Source: an uncultured archaeon (GTDB taxonomy: Archaea; Asgardarchaeota; Thorarchaeia; Thorarchaeales; CAZPUN01). Taken from it: a stretch of 32,000 nucleotides of DNA. A program made the position numbers and the translations under genes. Below, in pieces: positions 1 to 9,640 of this stretch. Position 1 is the first letter of the stretch. Each line of letters starts with the position of its first letter. The DNA lies in assembly GCA_964589775.1 (NCBI GenBank), contig CAZPUN010000023.1, positions 60,001 to 92,000 of the forward strand, in the 5' to 3' direction. Under the pieces are notes generated by a model. That model saw only the letters and a program-made list of their open reading frames with translations. It did no database searches and was not told where the DNA came from.

Positions 1-1
1 A

Positions 2-382
2 ATTCCATTCCTACAAATTGGCATTCCTACATTGGCAACTGCATTGGTTGTGATCGGTGGTTTAGTTCCTGCATGGTGGCTGTACATTGCTAGAAAGAGT
101 GATCCTGCAAAATTCACAATTAAACCAATTCAAACATTCTTAGTCAACAGATGGTATATCGATGCATTCTACAAGAAAGTGTTTGTAGGTGGAACATTAA
201 AGATCGCCTCTGGAATTAATTATCTTGAGAAGCAGTTTAACAGGCTCAATGTTGCTGTTGGAAATGGTATGAGCCGTGTATCTAGGGGCTTTGCAAAGAC
301 ACAAACAGGAATCCTAAGCGTTAATATTCTTGGAATGCTGCTTGGGATTGTTCTATTCCTGTTGTTCTTGCTGTATCTGTAG
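2..382 (+). CDS. nuoL: NuoL/MrpA-like antiporter subunit, C-terminal fragment (5' truncated by window)
   Basis: Frame is open from base 2. 'NRWYIDAFYKKVFV', a long amphipathic helix and 'QTG..' before a final TM helix match the NuoL C-terminus. It precedes NuoM- and NuoN-like genes. Confidence 0.8.
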   Translation: MPFLQIGIPTLATALVVIGGLVPAWWLYIARKSDPAKFTIKPIQTFLVNRWYIDAFYKKVFVGGTLKIASGINYLEKQFNRLNVAVGNGMSRVSRGFAKTQTGILSVNILGMLLGIVLFLLFLLYL

Positions 383-393
383 GAGGTGCAGAG

Positions 394-1908
394 ATGGTTC
401 TATTTAACATACCCATTATTTCACAATATCCTTTGATGATTACTATTGCGTTACTGGTACTCGGTGCCATTCTTGCTGCGGTAAGCGGACGGAAATCCTC
501 AAAGAGTGCAGCATCGGTTTCAGCACTATTTATACTATTTGCGTTAATTATCAATTTCATACTGTTATATGATATATTGCAAGACCCCCAGACCGGATTT
601 CTTAGCGGCCCATATCCGTGGCTAAGTATTTTCGATGTAAATCTTGGCTTCTGGGCTGATGGCTTAAGTTTGCCTATAGTGGTTATGATTCTTGGTCTTA
701 GCTTTGTTGCAATACTTTACAGTCATATATTCATGAAGGAAATGAAGCGTCCTCAGACTTATTATAGTTTGATGATGCTCTTCATTGCAGCAATGATCGG
801 AACATTATACTCTACAAACTTGTTGCAATTTTTCGCATTCTATGAATTCATGCTCTTTCCAAGTACTGCAATATTGATCTGGTATGGTACATCCGAGAAT
901 TATGAAGAACGTAAAAAGAATGGTTTGAAGTTCTTTGTTTGGACCAATTTTGGTGCATTAGCCTTAATGGTTGGATTAGCTGCAATCATTCTTGTTACGG
1001 GTTCTACAGACTTACTTTCTATTGCATGGAGTCTCGGTACAGTTCCCGCAAATCTTATGGGTCTTGTACAAATTGGAGCATTACTAATTGTTCTCGGATT
1101 TGGTGTAAAGATGGCAATATTCCCACTCCATATGTGGGCACCCACAACGTACAAAGAAGCACCATTACCGTTACTATTGCTTCTAAGTGCTGCAATGACA
1201 AAAACTGCAGCTTATGGAATTGCACGTATTGCTATTCCATTATTTGCACCAAACTTGGTATCATATACTAATGGATTACTTGTAGTTTCATTAATTACAA
1301 TGTATTATGGTGCTCTGGCAGCATTAGCGCAAAAGGACCTCAAAATGATGTTGGCTTACTCATCAATTTCTCAACTTGGGTATCTAATGTACGGTTATGC
1401 TACATTGAATATCTATGGTGTTGAAGGTGGTGTATTCCACATACTCAATCATGGTCTTTTGATGGGTATTATGTTTGTAGCTGCTGGAGTCATAAAAATG
1501 CAGACTGGAACACTTGAGTTTGATAAACTCGGTGGATTAGCAAAGAAAATGCCAGTTACTGCAGTAGCATTTGTAACTGCTGCATTAGCTTTAGCCGGAA
1601 CTCCCCCATTAAACGCATTCGCAAGTGAGTGGCTTATCTTTGAAGGGAGTGCTGCAGCAGGACACTTCTGGCTAACAGTATTTGCTATTATCGCAACTGG
1701 TCTGACCGCTGGATATTATCTATGGGCTGTCCGCCGTATATTCTTTGGTGTAGTTCCAGATGAGCTATCTGATGTCACTGATGGTCCCAAGCCATTATTA
1801 TACGCTATGTTAATACTGACAGCTGTGATTGTGCTGATCGGTATCTTTCCGAACAGCATATTACACTACATACAGCCGTTTCTAACGGCTATTGTCGGAG
1901 GAGGTTAA
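394..1908 (+). CDS. nuoM: NuoM-like proton-conducting membrane subunit (complex I / Mrp / group 4 hydrogenase family)
   Basis: About 14 TM helices; DGLS, FYEFM, GVKMAIFPLHMW, AYSSISQLG, NHGL, LAGTPP. The late-TM residue is Glu (AFASEW), as in NuoM. SD GGAGGT upstream. Confidence 0.85.
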   Translation: MVLFNIPIISQYPLMITIALLVLGAILAAVSGRKSSKSAASVSALFILFALIINFILLYDILQDPQTGFLSGPYPWLSIFDVNLGFWADGLSLPIVVMILGLSFVAILYSHIFMKEMKRPQTYYSLMMLFIAAMIGTLYSTNLLQFFAFYEFMLFPSTAILIWYGTSENYEERKKNGLKFFVWTNFGALALMVGLAAIILVTGSTDLLSIAWSLGTVPANLMGLVQIGALLIVLGFGVKMAIFPLHMWAPTTYKEAPLPLLLLLSAAMTKTAAYGIARIAIPLFAPNLVSYTNGLLVVSLITMYYGALAALAQKDLKMMLAYSSISQLGYLMYGYATLNIYGVEGGVFHILNHGLLMGIMFVAAGVIKMQTGTLEFDKLGGLAKKMPVTAVAFVTAALALAGTPPLNAFASEWLIFEGSAAAGHFWLTVFAIIATGLTAGYYLWAVRRIFFGVVPDELSDVTDGPKPLLYAMLILTAVIVLIGIFPNSILHYIQPFLTAIVGGG

Positions 1909-1912
1909 ATAA

Positions 1913-3442
1913 ATGTTCGAAGAATTATTCCCGGTTGAACTGCTCCCCGTACTTCCAATAATCATTCCATTAGTTGCAGCATTAATTGTAGCTCTTGTAG
2001 GGTCAATATCTCGCCGCTCATGTGTTGGTAATATTAGAAATGCCTTAGCGGTCCTCGGCTTCATTGTTACATTATATTCTGCATATCTACTTGCAAAGCG
2101 TGTAATCGACTATGGAATACAGACCTATGTCTATAATTCGAATGCGCCTCCTCTTGGAGTTGTATTTGTCGCAGATATGTTCTCTGTATTCCTTGTGGTT
2201 ATCTTTTCACTTATGGGTACTATAGTTTCAATTTATTCATTAGGCTATATGAAACATGATACCGGTCTAACACAATACTACACATTGCTCCTCGTACTTA
2301 TTGGGGCTATGAATGGTGTTGTTCTTGTTGGAGACTTATTCACACTATACGTATTCTATGAACTAATGTCAATTGCAAGTTACGTCTTAGTTGCCTTTAG
2401 AAAAGACAATTGGGAACCAATAGAAGCCGGATTCAAATATCTTGTAATGTCCTCTGCAGGTTCAACATTAGTGTTGCTTGCAATGAGCTACTTGTATGGT
2501 ATGATGGGATCATTGAATCTTGGCTATCTTGCAAATGCAATGCTTCACACGACACCACAACCAATCTTCTATGTGCTAATCGCTTTGATTATTGCAGGAT
2601 TTGGCGTGAAAGCCGCTATTGTTCCGTTCCATTTCTGGTTGGCTGATGCTCATCCTGCAGCTCCCAGCGGTATAAGTGCATTACTTTCCGGTATTGTAAT
2701 AAAAACTGGATTATACGGCATTATTCGTGTAGGTGTATTAGTATTTCCAATTGCACTTTACAACTGGCCATTATTGTTGTCAATATTTGCAGTAATTACA
2801 ATAACTTCTGGAAACCTATACGCGTTAATGCAGAAAGATCTTAAGCGATTGTTAGCATTTTCAAGTGTTGCACAGATCGGTTGGATTATGTTGGCATTTG
2901 GTACTGGAACACAATTTGGTTTTGCAGCAGGTATTTTCGGAATAGCAAATCACGCAATTGTCAAGGGACTTCTCTTCTTAAATGCTGGTGCAATTATCCA
3001 TGCCATTGGTTCAAGAAAACTTGATGATATGGCCGGTCTTGGTAAGAAATCGCCCATTATTGGAGCCTTTGTTGCGATTGGATTCCTTTCACTAATGGGT
3101 GTTCCACCGATGACTGGTTTCTGGACTAAACTATTGATGTTCTTATCTGTAGTTTCAGTAGGTGGCATATATCTAGTATTTGCAGTGATATTCCTTCTTA
3201 ACGCTGCAGTGGTTGTAGTATATTATCTCAGAGTTCTATTCAAAATCTGGTTCAGTGAGCCTGCAGAAACCATGGAGATTGAAGAAGGTCCAACTAAGAG
3301 CATGATATTTGCATTGGCAGCTCTATCTCTTCTAACAATTATTTTGGGTATCTATCCCGAGTTCCTATGGCACTTTGCAAATAGTGCAGCCAGTGCATTA
3401 ACAAATCTTACCCAATACATTAATTTAGTAATGTCCCCATAA
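1913..3442 (+). CDS. MrpD/NuoN-like proton-conducting membrane subunit
   Basis: DLFTLYVFYELM, EAGFKY, GVKAAIVPFHFWLADAHPAAP, KRLLAFSSVAQIG, GVPPMTGFWTK (Lys type). SD GGAGGT 7 nt upstream. Confidence 0.85.
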   Translation: MFEELFPVELLPVLPIIIPLVAALIVALVGSISRRSCVGNIRNALAVLGFIVTLYSAYLLAKRVIDYGIQTYVYNSNAPPLGVVFVADMFSVFLVVIFSLMGTIVSIYSLGYMKHDTGLTQYYTLLLVLIGAMNGVVLVGDLFTLYVFYELMSIASYVLVAFRKDNWEPIEAGFKYLVMSSAGSTLVLLAMSYLYGMMGSLNLGYLANAMLHTTPQPIFYVLIALIIAGFGVKAAIVPFHFWLADAHPAAPSGISALLSGIVIKTGLYGIIRVGVLVFPIALYNWPLLLSIFAVITITSGNLYALMQKDLKRLLAFSSVAQIGWIMLAFGTGTQFGFAAGIFGIANHAIVKGLLFLNAGAIIHAIGSRKLDDMAGLGKKSPIIGAFVAIGFLSLMGVPPMTGFWTKLLMFLSVVSVGGIYLVFAVIFLLNAAVVVVYYLRVLFKIWFSEPAETMEIEEGPTKSMIFALAALSLLTIILGIYPEFLWHFANSAASALTNLTQYINLVMSP

Positions 3443-3449
3443 CTGGGGA
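3434..3449 (+). terminator. Hairpin TCCCCA-TAAC-TGGGGA followed by T-rich tract
   Basis: 6-bp inverted repeat with the stop codon in the loop, at a convergent gene junction. Confidence 0.4.
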
Positions 3450-3456
3450 AAATTCT

Positions 3457-4491
3457 TTATTTTTTATTTTGTGTTTTATTGTACATATCCAGATACATTT
3501 CTATTATTTTCTTCCAAGTTTGTTGTTTTGCATAATTAAAATTAGTCGTGCCGATCCTAAATCGCAGAGTAGGATCTTCTAATAATCTCTTGATCATTTT
3601 TGCAATTTCATTTGCATTGTTCAAAATAATGAGTTTCTCCATGGGCATTGAATATAGATAATCGCGTTTCAAATCTGAGTTATATGCTGCAATAATCGGT
3701 TTCTTTAACATTGAAGCTTCTAATATTGATAAGTATCCATTTGCAAGAACTATTTTTCCTTTCGCCATTATTTTTTCTGGATTTGGTATTTTCCCATGTA
3801 TTGTGATGGATAATTCATTTTTCTTTGCGAAGGATTCTACAAAATGCCTTAATGTGCCATCACCAATTATATCCATTTGCACTTTGATGCTATATTTTTC
3901 TTTTAGTATCTTTAAACTTTGTAAATATAATTGTATATCCATGTCGGGTTCTAGTCTGCCAATGAAGACTATGTCGATTTCTTCTGTAATATCTTCATTA
4001 ATTGGTTCTACTGCTCCATAAGTTATATGATTACATCTTGTTCCATACCATTTCTGTATGTATTTACCAACACAAATGTGATCAGAGACTAGAGATTCAG
4101 TAATTTTTCGAAGTATGATTGCAGATTTTGGAATAGGTATTCCATCAAATCCATGGAATGTTACAAAAACAGGTTTCTTAGGAAAAATAAATCTGAATGG
4201 AAAATACCAAAGTACAAAGGATGTGAAATCATGTATTTGTATTACATCTGCCTGCCGTATTAAATTGATATTTTTCAATAAGAATAGAAATCGTGAAATC
4301 ACACTTGGTCTTATTCTATATATCTTAATGCCTTTATATATCTCATAATTTTTAGCAGTTCTTTTTCTTTTTTCAGTTAAAATTGTAATTGAATGGCCTT
4401 CTTTGATAAGTTCCATTGAAATTTTTAATACATGGCGTTCGACGCCACCAATGTTTGGATAGAATGAAGGTGTAAGCATTAATATTCTCAT
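3457..4491 (-). CDS. Glycosyltransferase family 4 (GT-B)
   Basis: N-terminal MRILMLTPSFYPNIGGVERHV, TFHG, FIGRL, IIGDG, LEAS...KP motifs. Confidence 0.9.
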   Translation of the reverse strand: MRILMLTPSFYPNIGGVERHVLKISMELIKEGHSITILTEKRKRTAKNYEIYKGIKIYRIRPSVISRFLFLLKNINLIRQADVIQIHDFTSFVLWYFPFRFIFPKKPVFVTFHGFDGIPIPKSAIILRKITESLVSDHICVGKYIQKWYGTRCNHITYGAVEPINEDITEEIDIVFIGRLEPDMDIQLYLQSLKILKEKYSIKVQMDIIGDGTLRHFVESFAKKNELSITIHGKIPNPEKIMAKGKIVLANGYLSILEASMLKKPIIAAYNSDLKRDYLYSMPMEKLIILNNANEIAKMIKRLLEDPTLRFRIGTTNFNYAKQQTWKKIIEMYLDMYNKTQNKK

Positions 4492-4563
4492 TTTATATCA
4501 CGATGATGTATAAGCATAGAATATATTAAGATATTTATGTTCTATTGGTTCGTGGTGTTTGCT

Positions 4564-6105
4564 ATGAATTATGTTATGGCAATTGATGCGGGTACAACTG
4601 GAATTCGTACGTTGATTTTTGATGATACGGGTAATATTCTTGGGCAAGGATACCGTGAATTTCCGAGTATCTTTCCTGAGCCATCATGGGTTGAACAGGA
4701 TGCTGAATCATGGTGGCAAACGCTTGCGTATACTACAAAAGAAGCTCTTAATAAGGCACAATTATCTCCCTCCAATATTTTAGCAATTAGTGTAACAAAT
4801 CAAAGAGAAACAATTGTTCCATGTGATGAAACTGGCAAACCATTAAGAAACGCTATTGTATGGCAAGATCGGCGTACTGTTCCGCAATGTGATTGGATCA
4901 AAAAGAATATTGGAATGGATAAAATTTACTTTACTACTGGATTGACTGTTGATCCATACTTTTCGGCTCCTAAAATTTTATGGATTAAAGAGAATGAGCC
5001 TGAAATTTATGAACGCACATACAAGTTTCTTTTAGTGCATGATTTTCTGGTTATGAAAATGAGCGGTAAATGGATAACCGACTATTCAAATGCTTCACGA
5101 ACAATGTTATTCGATTTAGAAACCGGTGAATGGTCTGAAGATTTGTTAGACGCAATGGAGATACCTGCCGATAAACTTCCAACTCCAGTACCAAGTGGTG
5201 TTAAAATTGGTGAATTGACTGAAGATGCAGCAAAGCATCTTGGGCTCGTGCCTGGCATTACGATTGTCTCAGGCGGTGGAGACCAACAATGTGCAGCGTT
5301 AGGTGTTGGGGTATCTTCACCTGGAAAAGTCAAAGCTACAACTGGAACCGGAACTTTTGTTCTTGCATATCTTGATAGACCTGTACGCGATTCAAAGCTT
5401 CGTGTTCTTTGTAGTCGGCACGTGATTAAGGATAAATTTGTGATGGAAGCTAGTATATTTACTACAGGTTCTACACTTAAATGGTACCGTGATCAATTTG
5501 GTTTATCTGAAATTGAAGAAGCCAAGAAAAAGAATGTTGATCCGTATGATATATTGACCCAAGAAGCGAGTGAAGTACCACCTGGTTCTGAAGGTGTTAT
5601 TGTTTTGCCTCACTTTATGGGTGCAGGAGCACCATATTGGAATCCTAAAGCACGTGGTGTTATCTCTGGATTGGCATTGGGGCATTCAAAGAAACACATT
5701 ATTCGTGCAATACTTGAAAGTGTTGGATATGAAATTAGAGCAAATATTGAGATTATGAAAGAGCGCGGAATAAATATCTCAGAGCTTCGTATTACTGGTG
5801 GGGCTTCTCGTTCAGATGTGTGGAATCAGATTCAAGCTGATATTGTTGGCACTAAAATCGTCAAAACAAAAGTTGAAGAAGCCACTGCTATGGGCGCAGC
5901 TATTCTTGCATTTATTGGTGCAGGTCGTTTCAGAGATGTAGAAGAAGCTACTGAACACATGATTTCTGTTGATAAACATTATATGCCTGATGAACATGCT
6001 CAGAAAATATATGATAATATGTTTCAGGCTTATACAAAATTATACGAAGCACTATCTAATAGTGACTTTTATGAAATAATTTCCGAATATGATAAATATA
6101 ATTGA
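4564..6105 (+). CDS. FGGY-family carbohydrate kinase, glycerol-kinase-like
   Basis: DAGTTG, WVEQD, TNQRET, WQDRRT, YFSAPK, TDYSNASRT, GDQQ, TGTG, GAPYW. Start placed at ATG 4564 after GTGGTG; the ORF track starts at 4537. Confidence 0.88.
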   Translation: MNYVMAIDAGTTGIRTLIFDDTGNILGQGYREFPSIFPEPSWVEQDAESWWQTLAYTTKEALNKAQLSPSNILAISVTNQRETIVPCDETGKPLRNAIVWQDRRTVPQCDWIKKNIGMDKIYFTTGLTVDPYFSAPKILWIKENEPEIYERTYKFLLVHDFLVMKMSGKWITDYSNASRTMLFDLETGEWSEDLLDAMEIPADKLPTPVPSGVKIGELTEDAAKHLGLVPGITIVSGGGDQQCAALGVGVSSPGKVKATTGTGTFVLAYLDRPVRDSKLRVLCSRHVIKDKFVMEASIFTTGSTLKWYRDQFGLSEIEEAKKKNVDPYDILTQEASEVPPGSEGVIVLPHFMGAGAPYWNPKARGVISGLALGHSKKHIIRAILESVGYEIRANIEIMKERGINISELRITGGASRSDVWNQIQADIVGTKIVKTKVEEATAMGAAILAFIGAGRFRDVEEATEHMISVDKHYMPDEHAQKIYDNMFQAYTKLYEALSNSDFYEIISEYDKYN

Positions 6106-6124
6106 GGAAGTCTTGTACTTCCTC
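6104..6124. terminator. Hairpin GAGGAAGT-CTTGT-ACTTCCTC between convergent genes
   Basis: Perfect 8-bp inverted repeat filling the gap between the two stop codons. Confidence 0.5.
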
Positions 6125-7408
6125 TTATTTTGCGTAAATAGTTAATTTGCTGGCTTTATCAAAAACTAATATTTTTACATCCGGATTTTCCTTTATCCAT
6201 TTATCAATTACATCCTGTGGGTCTTCAGCTTTGTAAAGATGAATGCGCTCAACATCTTCTTTTGATAGTGTGGTATACATCCATATTTTATTGACTTTTT
6301 GAATTAACCGAGCAAATTTGTACGCTTTATGTGTATATAACTTATATTTCTGGGAAATATCTTCAATAACCTTTGGTATCGGTTGAGTAAGCTTATCATA
6401 AAATAGTTCTTTTGCTTCTTGATTTGGTGCGATACCGTCTCTACACTCTGCTAAGAATAATATTTCCCCATTTTCTTTTATTGCGTTTTTTGTCAATTCT
6501 AAAGCACGTTGGCTTGCGTATATGCTTAGATCAAATGGATAGCCACCTGGCGAAACTATAATCCTATCAACAGGTTCTACAGTAAAGCTTGCTATTTCAT
6601 CCAAAACATCAAATGCCTCTGTTGAGACTTGATTTATATCTCCGGCTTTGGCCCATATAATTTTCTTATTGCTTGTTATTACGCCTAGCACAAAGACTGG
6701 GGATTGGTTTATTATCAAATTCATTGCTTCAACCATGTCTTCTGCAACCGGATTGCTTCGTCGATGAATGTCTGAATGCATTGGGTGTCTTCCAAATGTA
6801 GCGTTATCATGAATTGCAAAACTATGATTATGCTCTATTGTTTCAAAAGCACAGATTCCTGGAAGAAAGTCCTTAACTGGAGCCGAATATCCTGCGAAAT
6901 AATGAGCTTTCATATCTGCTGCTACAACATATACATCGTGCCCTATGCACTTTTTATCTACCAATACTTTTGTACCAAAACTAGTAGTTCCTACTTCTTC
7001 AAAATCTCCATTTAGGCCGTCATGAATATATGCGTCGTAGTTTAAGTTATATTTCTTTGCAGATTGATTGATCATATTCAAAATCTCTATATTTTCTGGG
7101 TGTTCAACTTCATGGGTTCCTGTAGCTATTACAAATTGGATAAAATCCGCATTTTTTAGATTCGCAGATAGTGTTTCAATCAATTCTTTGTGTGGCTCTG
7201 ATCTTGTATGGTCTTCAATCATTACACATACGGATTTTCCTTTCGTTATTTCAAATAATTTTATTTCGCTATTATTCATTGCATCTTGTAAAACTTGTAA
7301 TGTGTTCTCTTTAATTTTGAGTGCTTTCGGAATGATTTTCCCTGCAAAATTCTTATCCGGGATTTCTAATTCGATAGGTGAATCACCATAATTTATCTTG
7401 ACTTTCAT
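6125..7408 (-). CDS. larA: LarA-family nickel-pincer racemase/epimerase (DUF2088)
   Basis: DHTR, ATGTH, HD, GTTSFGT, HYFAGYS..K..LPG, HNH, GGYPFD..Y, AECRDG motifs. Confidence 0.85.
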   Translation of the reverse strand: MKVKINYGDSPIELEIPDKNFAGKIIPKALKIKENTLQVLQDAMNNSEIKLFEITKGKSVCVMIEDHTRSEPHKELIETLSANLKNADFIQFVIATGTHEVEHPENIEILNMINQSAKKYNLNYDAYIHDGLNGDFEEVGTTSFGTKVLVDKKCIGHDVYVVAADMKAHYFAGYSAPVKDFLPGICAFETIEHNHSFAIHDNATFGRHPMHSDIHRRSNPVAEDMVEAMNLIINQSPVFVLGVITSNKKIIWAKAGDINQVSTEAFDVLDEIASFTVEPVDRIIVSPGGYPFDLSIYASQRALELTKNAIKENGEILFLAECRDGIAPNQEAKELFYDKLTQPIPKVIEDISQKYKLYTHKAYKFARLIQKVNKIWMYTTLSKEDVERIHLYKAEDPQDVIDKWIKENPDVKILVFDKASKLTIYAK

Positions 7409-7506
7409 TACAAGTCGCCTTTTTCTATTCTTCTTCTTATGTGAATAATTAATTTTAATAACTAATCCATTATTGCATTTAAATAAAAATATATTTGGTG
7501 GTATAT

Positions 7507-7785
7507 ATGTCTCAGTCTAATCGTAAATATGAAAATTCATTTCGTTATATTGGCTTGGGAACTGAAATTCCCTGTATGGTAATCGTAGGCGTATTTGTTG
7601 GTAATTTATTAGGTCAACAGTTTGGCGGATTTTGGAGTACATGGGGCGTTATACTTGGTGCAATATTTGGATTTTTGTTGGGTGTATTTAATATATACCA
7701 AATTATAAATCAAGAAGAAAAGGAGCGAAATATGCGAAAACTTCAGACTATTCAGAAAAAAGAACAAGAAGCTGAAAGTGACTAA
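7507..7785 (+). CDS. AtpZ/AtpI-like (ATPase_gene1) two-TM protein
   Basis: GLGTEIPCMVIVGVFVGNLLG..FG...WGVILGAIFGFLLGVFNIY pattern with a charged tail. ATG 7507 follows GGTGGT. Confidence 0.6.
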   Translation: MSQSNRKYENSFRYIGLGTEIPCMVIVGVFVGNLLGQQFGGFWSTWGVILGAIFGFLLGVFNIYQIINQEEKERNMRKLQTIQKKEQEAESD

Positions 7786-7790
7786 TCTAA

Positions 7791-8366
7791 TTATTTTTCT
7801 ACGCTATCAGCTTCTTCTTGTAGTATCTCTTCAACAATTCTACTAGCAGTTCTGCCAACGATTGCTATTACAATTTGGATCAATACACTTACATAAAGAA
7901 TTCCAAATCCTAGAAACATAAATGTTAATGACAATGAACCTGCAGTAATTGCTATGATGAAATTCTTGTAAATAATATAATAGCTGTAAATTGCCGCAGC
8001 GAACATAAAGAATATTCCGCCACCGTATAAAGCTAAAACTGTTCTAACATTCTTACCGTTAATATCTACAATACCAATTCCTTTTCCAATAACAAAATTC
8101 TGGATTTTTGCGTGGAATCGCATGAATGCACCGATAGCCAATAAGAATATAAATAATGTTAAACCGCCACCAATTAAGAGTAGTAATATTGCAGTATCAA
8201 AATCGATTGCTGTAATAATTCCTGTAGTGTTTAGAATATATGATACTAATGAGCCCAATACTATGATTATTGAAAATATTTCTAATATGAATGTAATTGT
8301 TGTTGAGTTTTTAAAGACTCTTCCTAAATTAAATGGAATAATTTGAGCCTTTTTTTCTTCAGTCAT
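7791..8366 (-). CDS. Hypothetical 4-TM membrane protein
   Basis: Four hydrophobic segments. ATG at 8366 is preceded by GGTGA; the ORF track starts at GTG 8375. Confidence 0.7.
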   Translation of the reverse strand: MTEEKKAQIIPFNLGRVFKNSTTITFILEIFSIIIVLGSLVSYILNTTGIITAIDFDTAILLLLIGGGLTLFIFLLAIGAFMRFHAKIQNFVIGKGIGIVDINGKNVRTVLALYGGGIFFMFAAAIYSYYIIYKNFIIAITAGSLSLTFMFLGFGILYVSVLIQIVIAIVGRTASRIVEEILQEEADSVEK

Positions 8367-8472
8367 TTCAATCACCCATTTACATATTATGATTTTAATT
8401 GCTTATTACATTTTGTTATTACAATATGCTTAAATTGGATTTAATAATTTCTTTCAGTGGAGAGTTCAGATT

Positions 8473-9558
8473 ATGAAAATAATGATTGTAATTGGGACCA
8501 GACCTGAAATTGTAAAAATGGCACCTATTATTGATTATGTAGAAAAAATAGGTATTGATTTTGTTGTTATTCATTCAGGGCAGCATTATAGTAACTTTAT
8601 GTCCGATGCATTTATTTCAGATCTCGAATTACCTCCTCCTGATGAAAATTTGGGCATTGGTTCTGGAACACAAGCCGAGCAGACTGCAAAAGGGCTTGTT
8701 GAATTTGAGAAATCTATTTTTAGAAATATGCCAGATGTGGTTCTTGTACAAGGCGATACAAATTCTGCTTTTGCTGCTGGTCTTGCAGGTGCAAAGATCC
8801 ACGATGTAAAGGTAGGTCACGTGGAAGCAGGTCTTCGTAGCTATGACCTTCGCATGCCGGAAGAATACAATCGCCGATTATTAGATCATTTAAGTGATTT
8901 CCTATTTGCTCCTACGCAAATGAATTATGAAATATTGATGCGTGAAAATGTTTTTGGAAAAGTATATGTGACTGGAAATACAGTTATTGATGCCTGTATT
9001 CGGCATTTACCTATTGCTGAGAAAAAATCCGACATATTAAGTAAGTTAAATATATCAGACTATGTTCTATTAACTCTTCACAGAGCCGAAAATGTTGATG
9101 ACCCGAAAACTTTGAAATCAATATTAGATGCGCTATTTGAATTAGATGAACAAATTCTCTTTCCTGCGCACCCTCGTACAGTTAATAGATTTTATGAATT
9201 TAATTTTATGGAGCGAATAAAGAAGTCGAATATACGCTTAATACAACCTGTATCATATCTTGATTTTCTCGTTTTAATGAAGAATTCAAAATATATTATT
9301 ACAGATTCTGGAGGTATTCAAGAGGAGGCTACTGCTCCCAACATTAGGAAAAGGGTCTTTGTTGTTCGTGATTCTACAGAACGCCAAGAAGCAGCTGAAG
9401 CTGGATTTGCAGTGGTGGTTGGGACACAAAAAGACAAAATTCTTGAGGAGATACGTACCACGCTTGAAAATCAACCTCCGCTACCTTCTAAGTCGCCATT
9501 TGGCGATGGAAGATCTGCCGAACGAATCATAGAATTTCTATTAAAACATTATGATTAA
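8473..9558 (+). CDS. wecB: UDP-N-acetylglucosamine 2-epimerase (non-hydrolysing)
   Basis: GTRPEIVK, GQHY, VQGDT, HVEAGLRS, MPEEYNR, GNTVID, LHRAEN, DSGGIQEEA, FGDG. Confidence 0.95.
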   Translation: MKIMIVIGTRPEIVKMAPIIDYVEKIGIDFVVIHSGQHYSNFMSDAFISDLELPPPDENLGIGSGTQAEQTAKGLVEFEKSIFRNMPDVVLVQGDTNSAFAAGLAGAKIHDVKVGHVEAGLRSYDLRMPEEYNRRLLDHLSDFLFAPTQMNYEILMRENVFGKVYVTGNTVIDACIRHLPIAEKKSDILSKLNISDYVLLTLHRAENVDDPKTLKSILDALFELDEQILFPAHPRTVNRFYEFNFMERIKKSNIRLIQPVSYLDFLVLMKNSKYIITDSGGIQEEATAPNIRKRVFVVRDSTERQEAAEAGFAVVVGTQKDKILEEIRTTLENQPPLPSKSPFGDGRSAERIIEFLLKHYD

Positions 9559-9640
9559 CATTAACATGTGGGTAATACTAATACTTTTCTCATATTTTTT
9601 TTCTATACTATTATGAGTCCACTAATCATTTTATGGAGGA

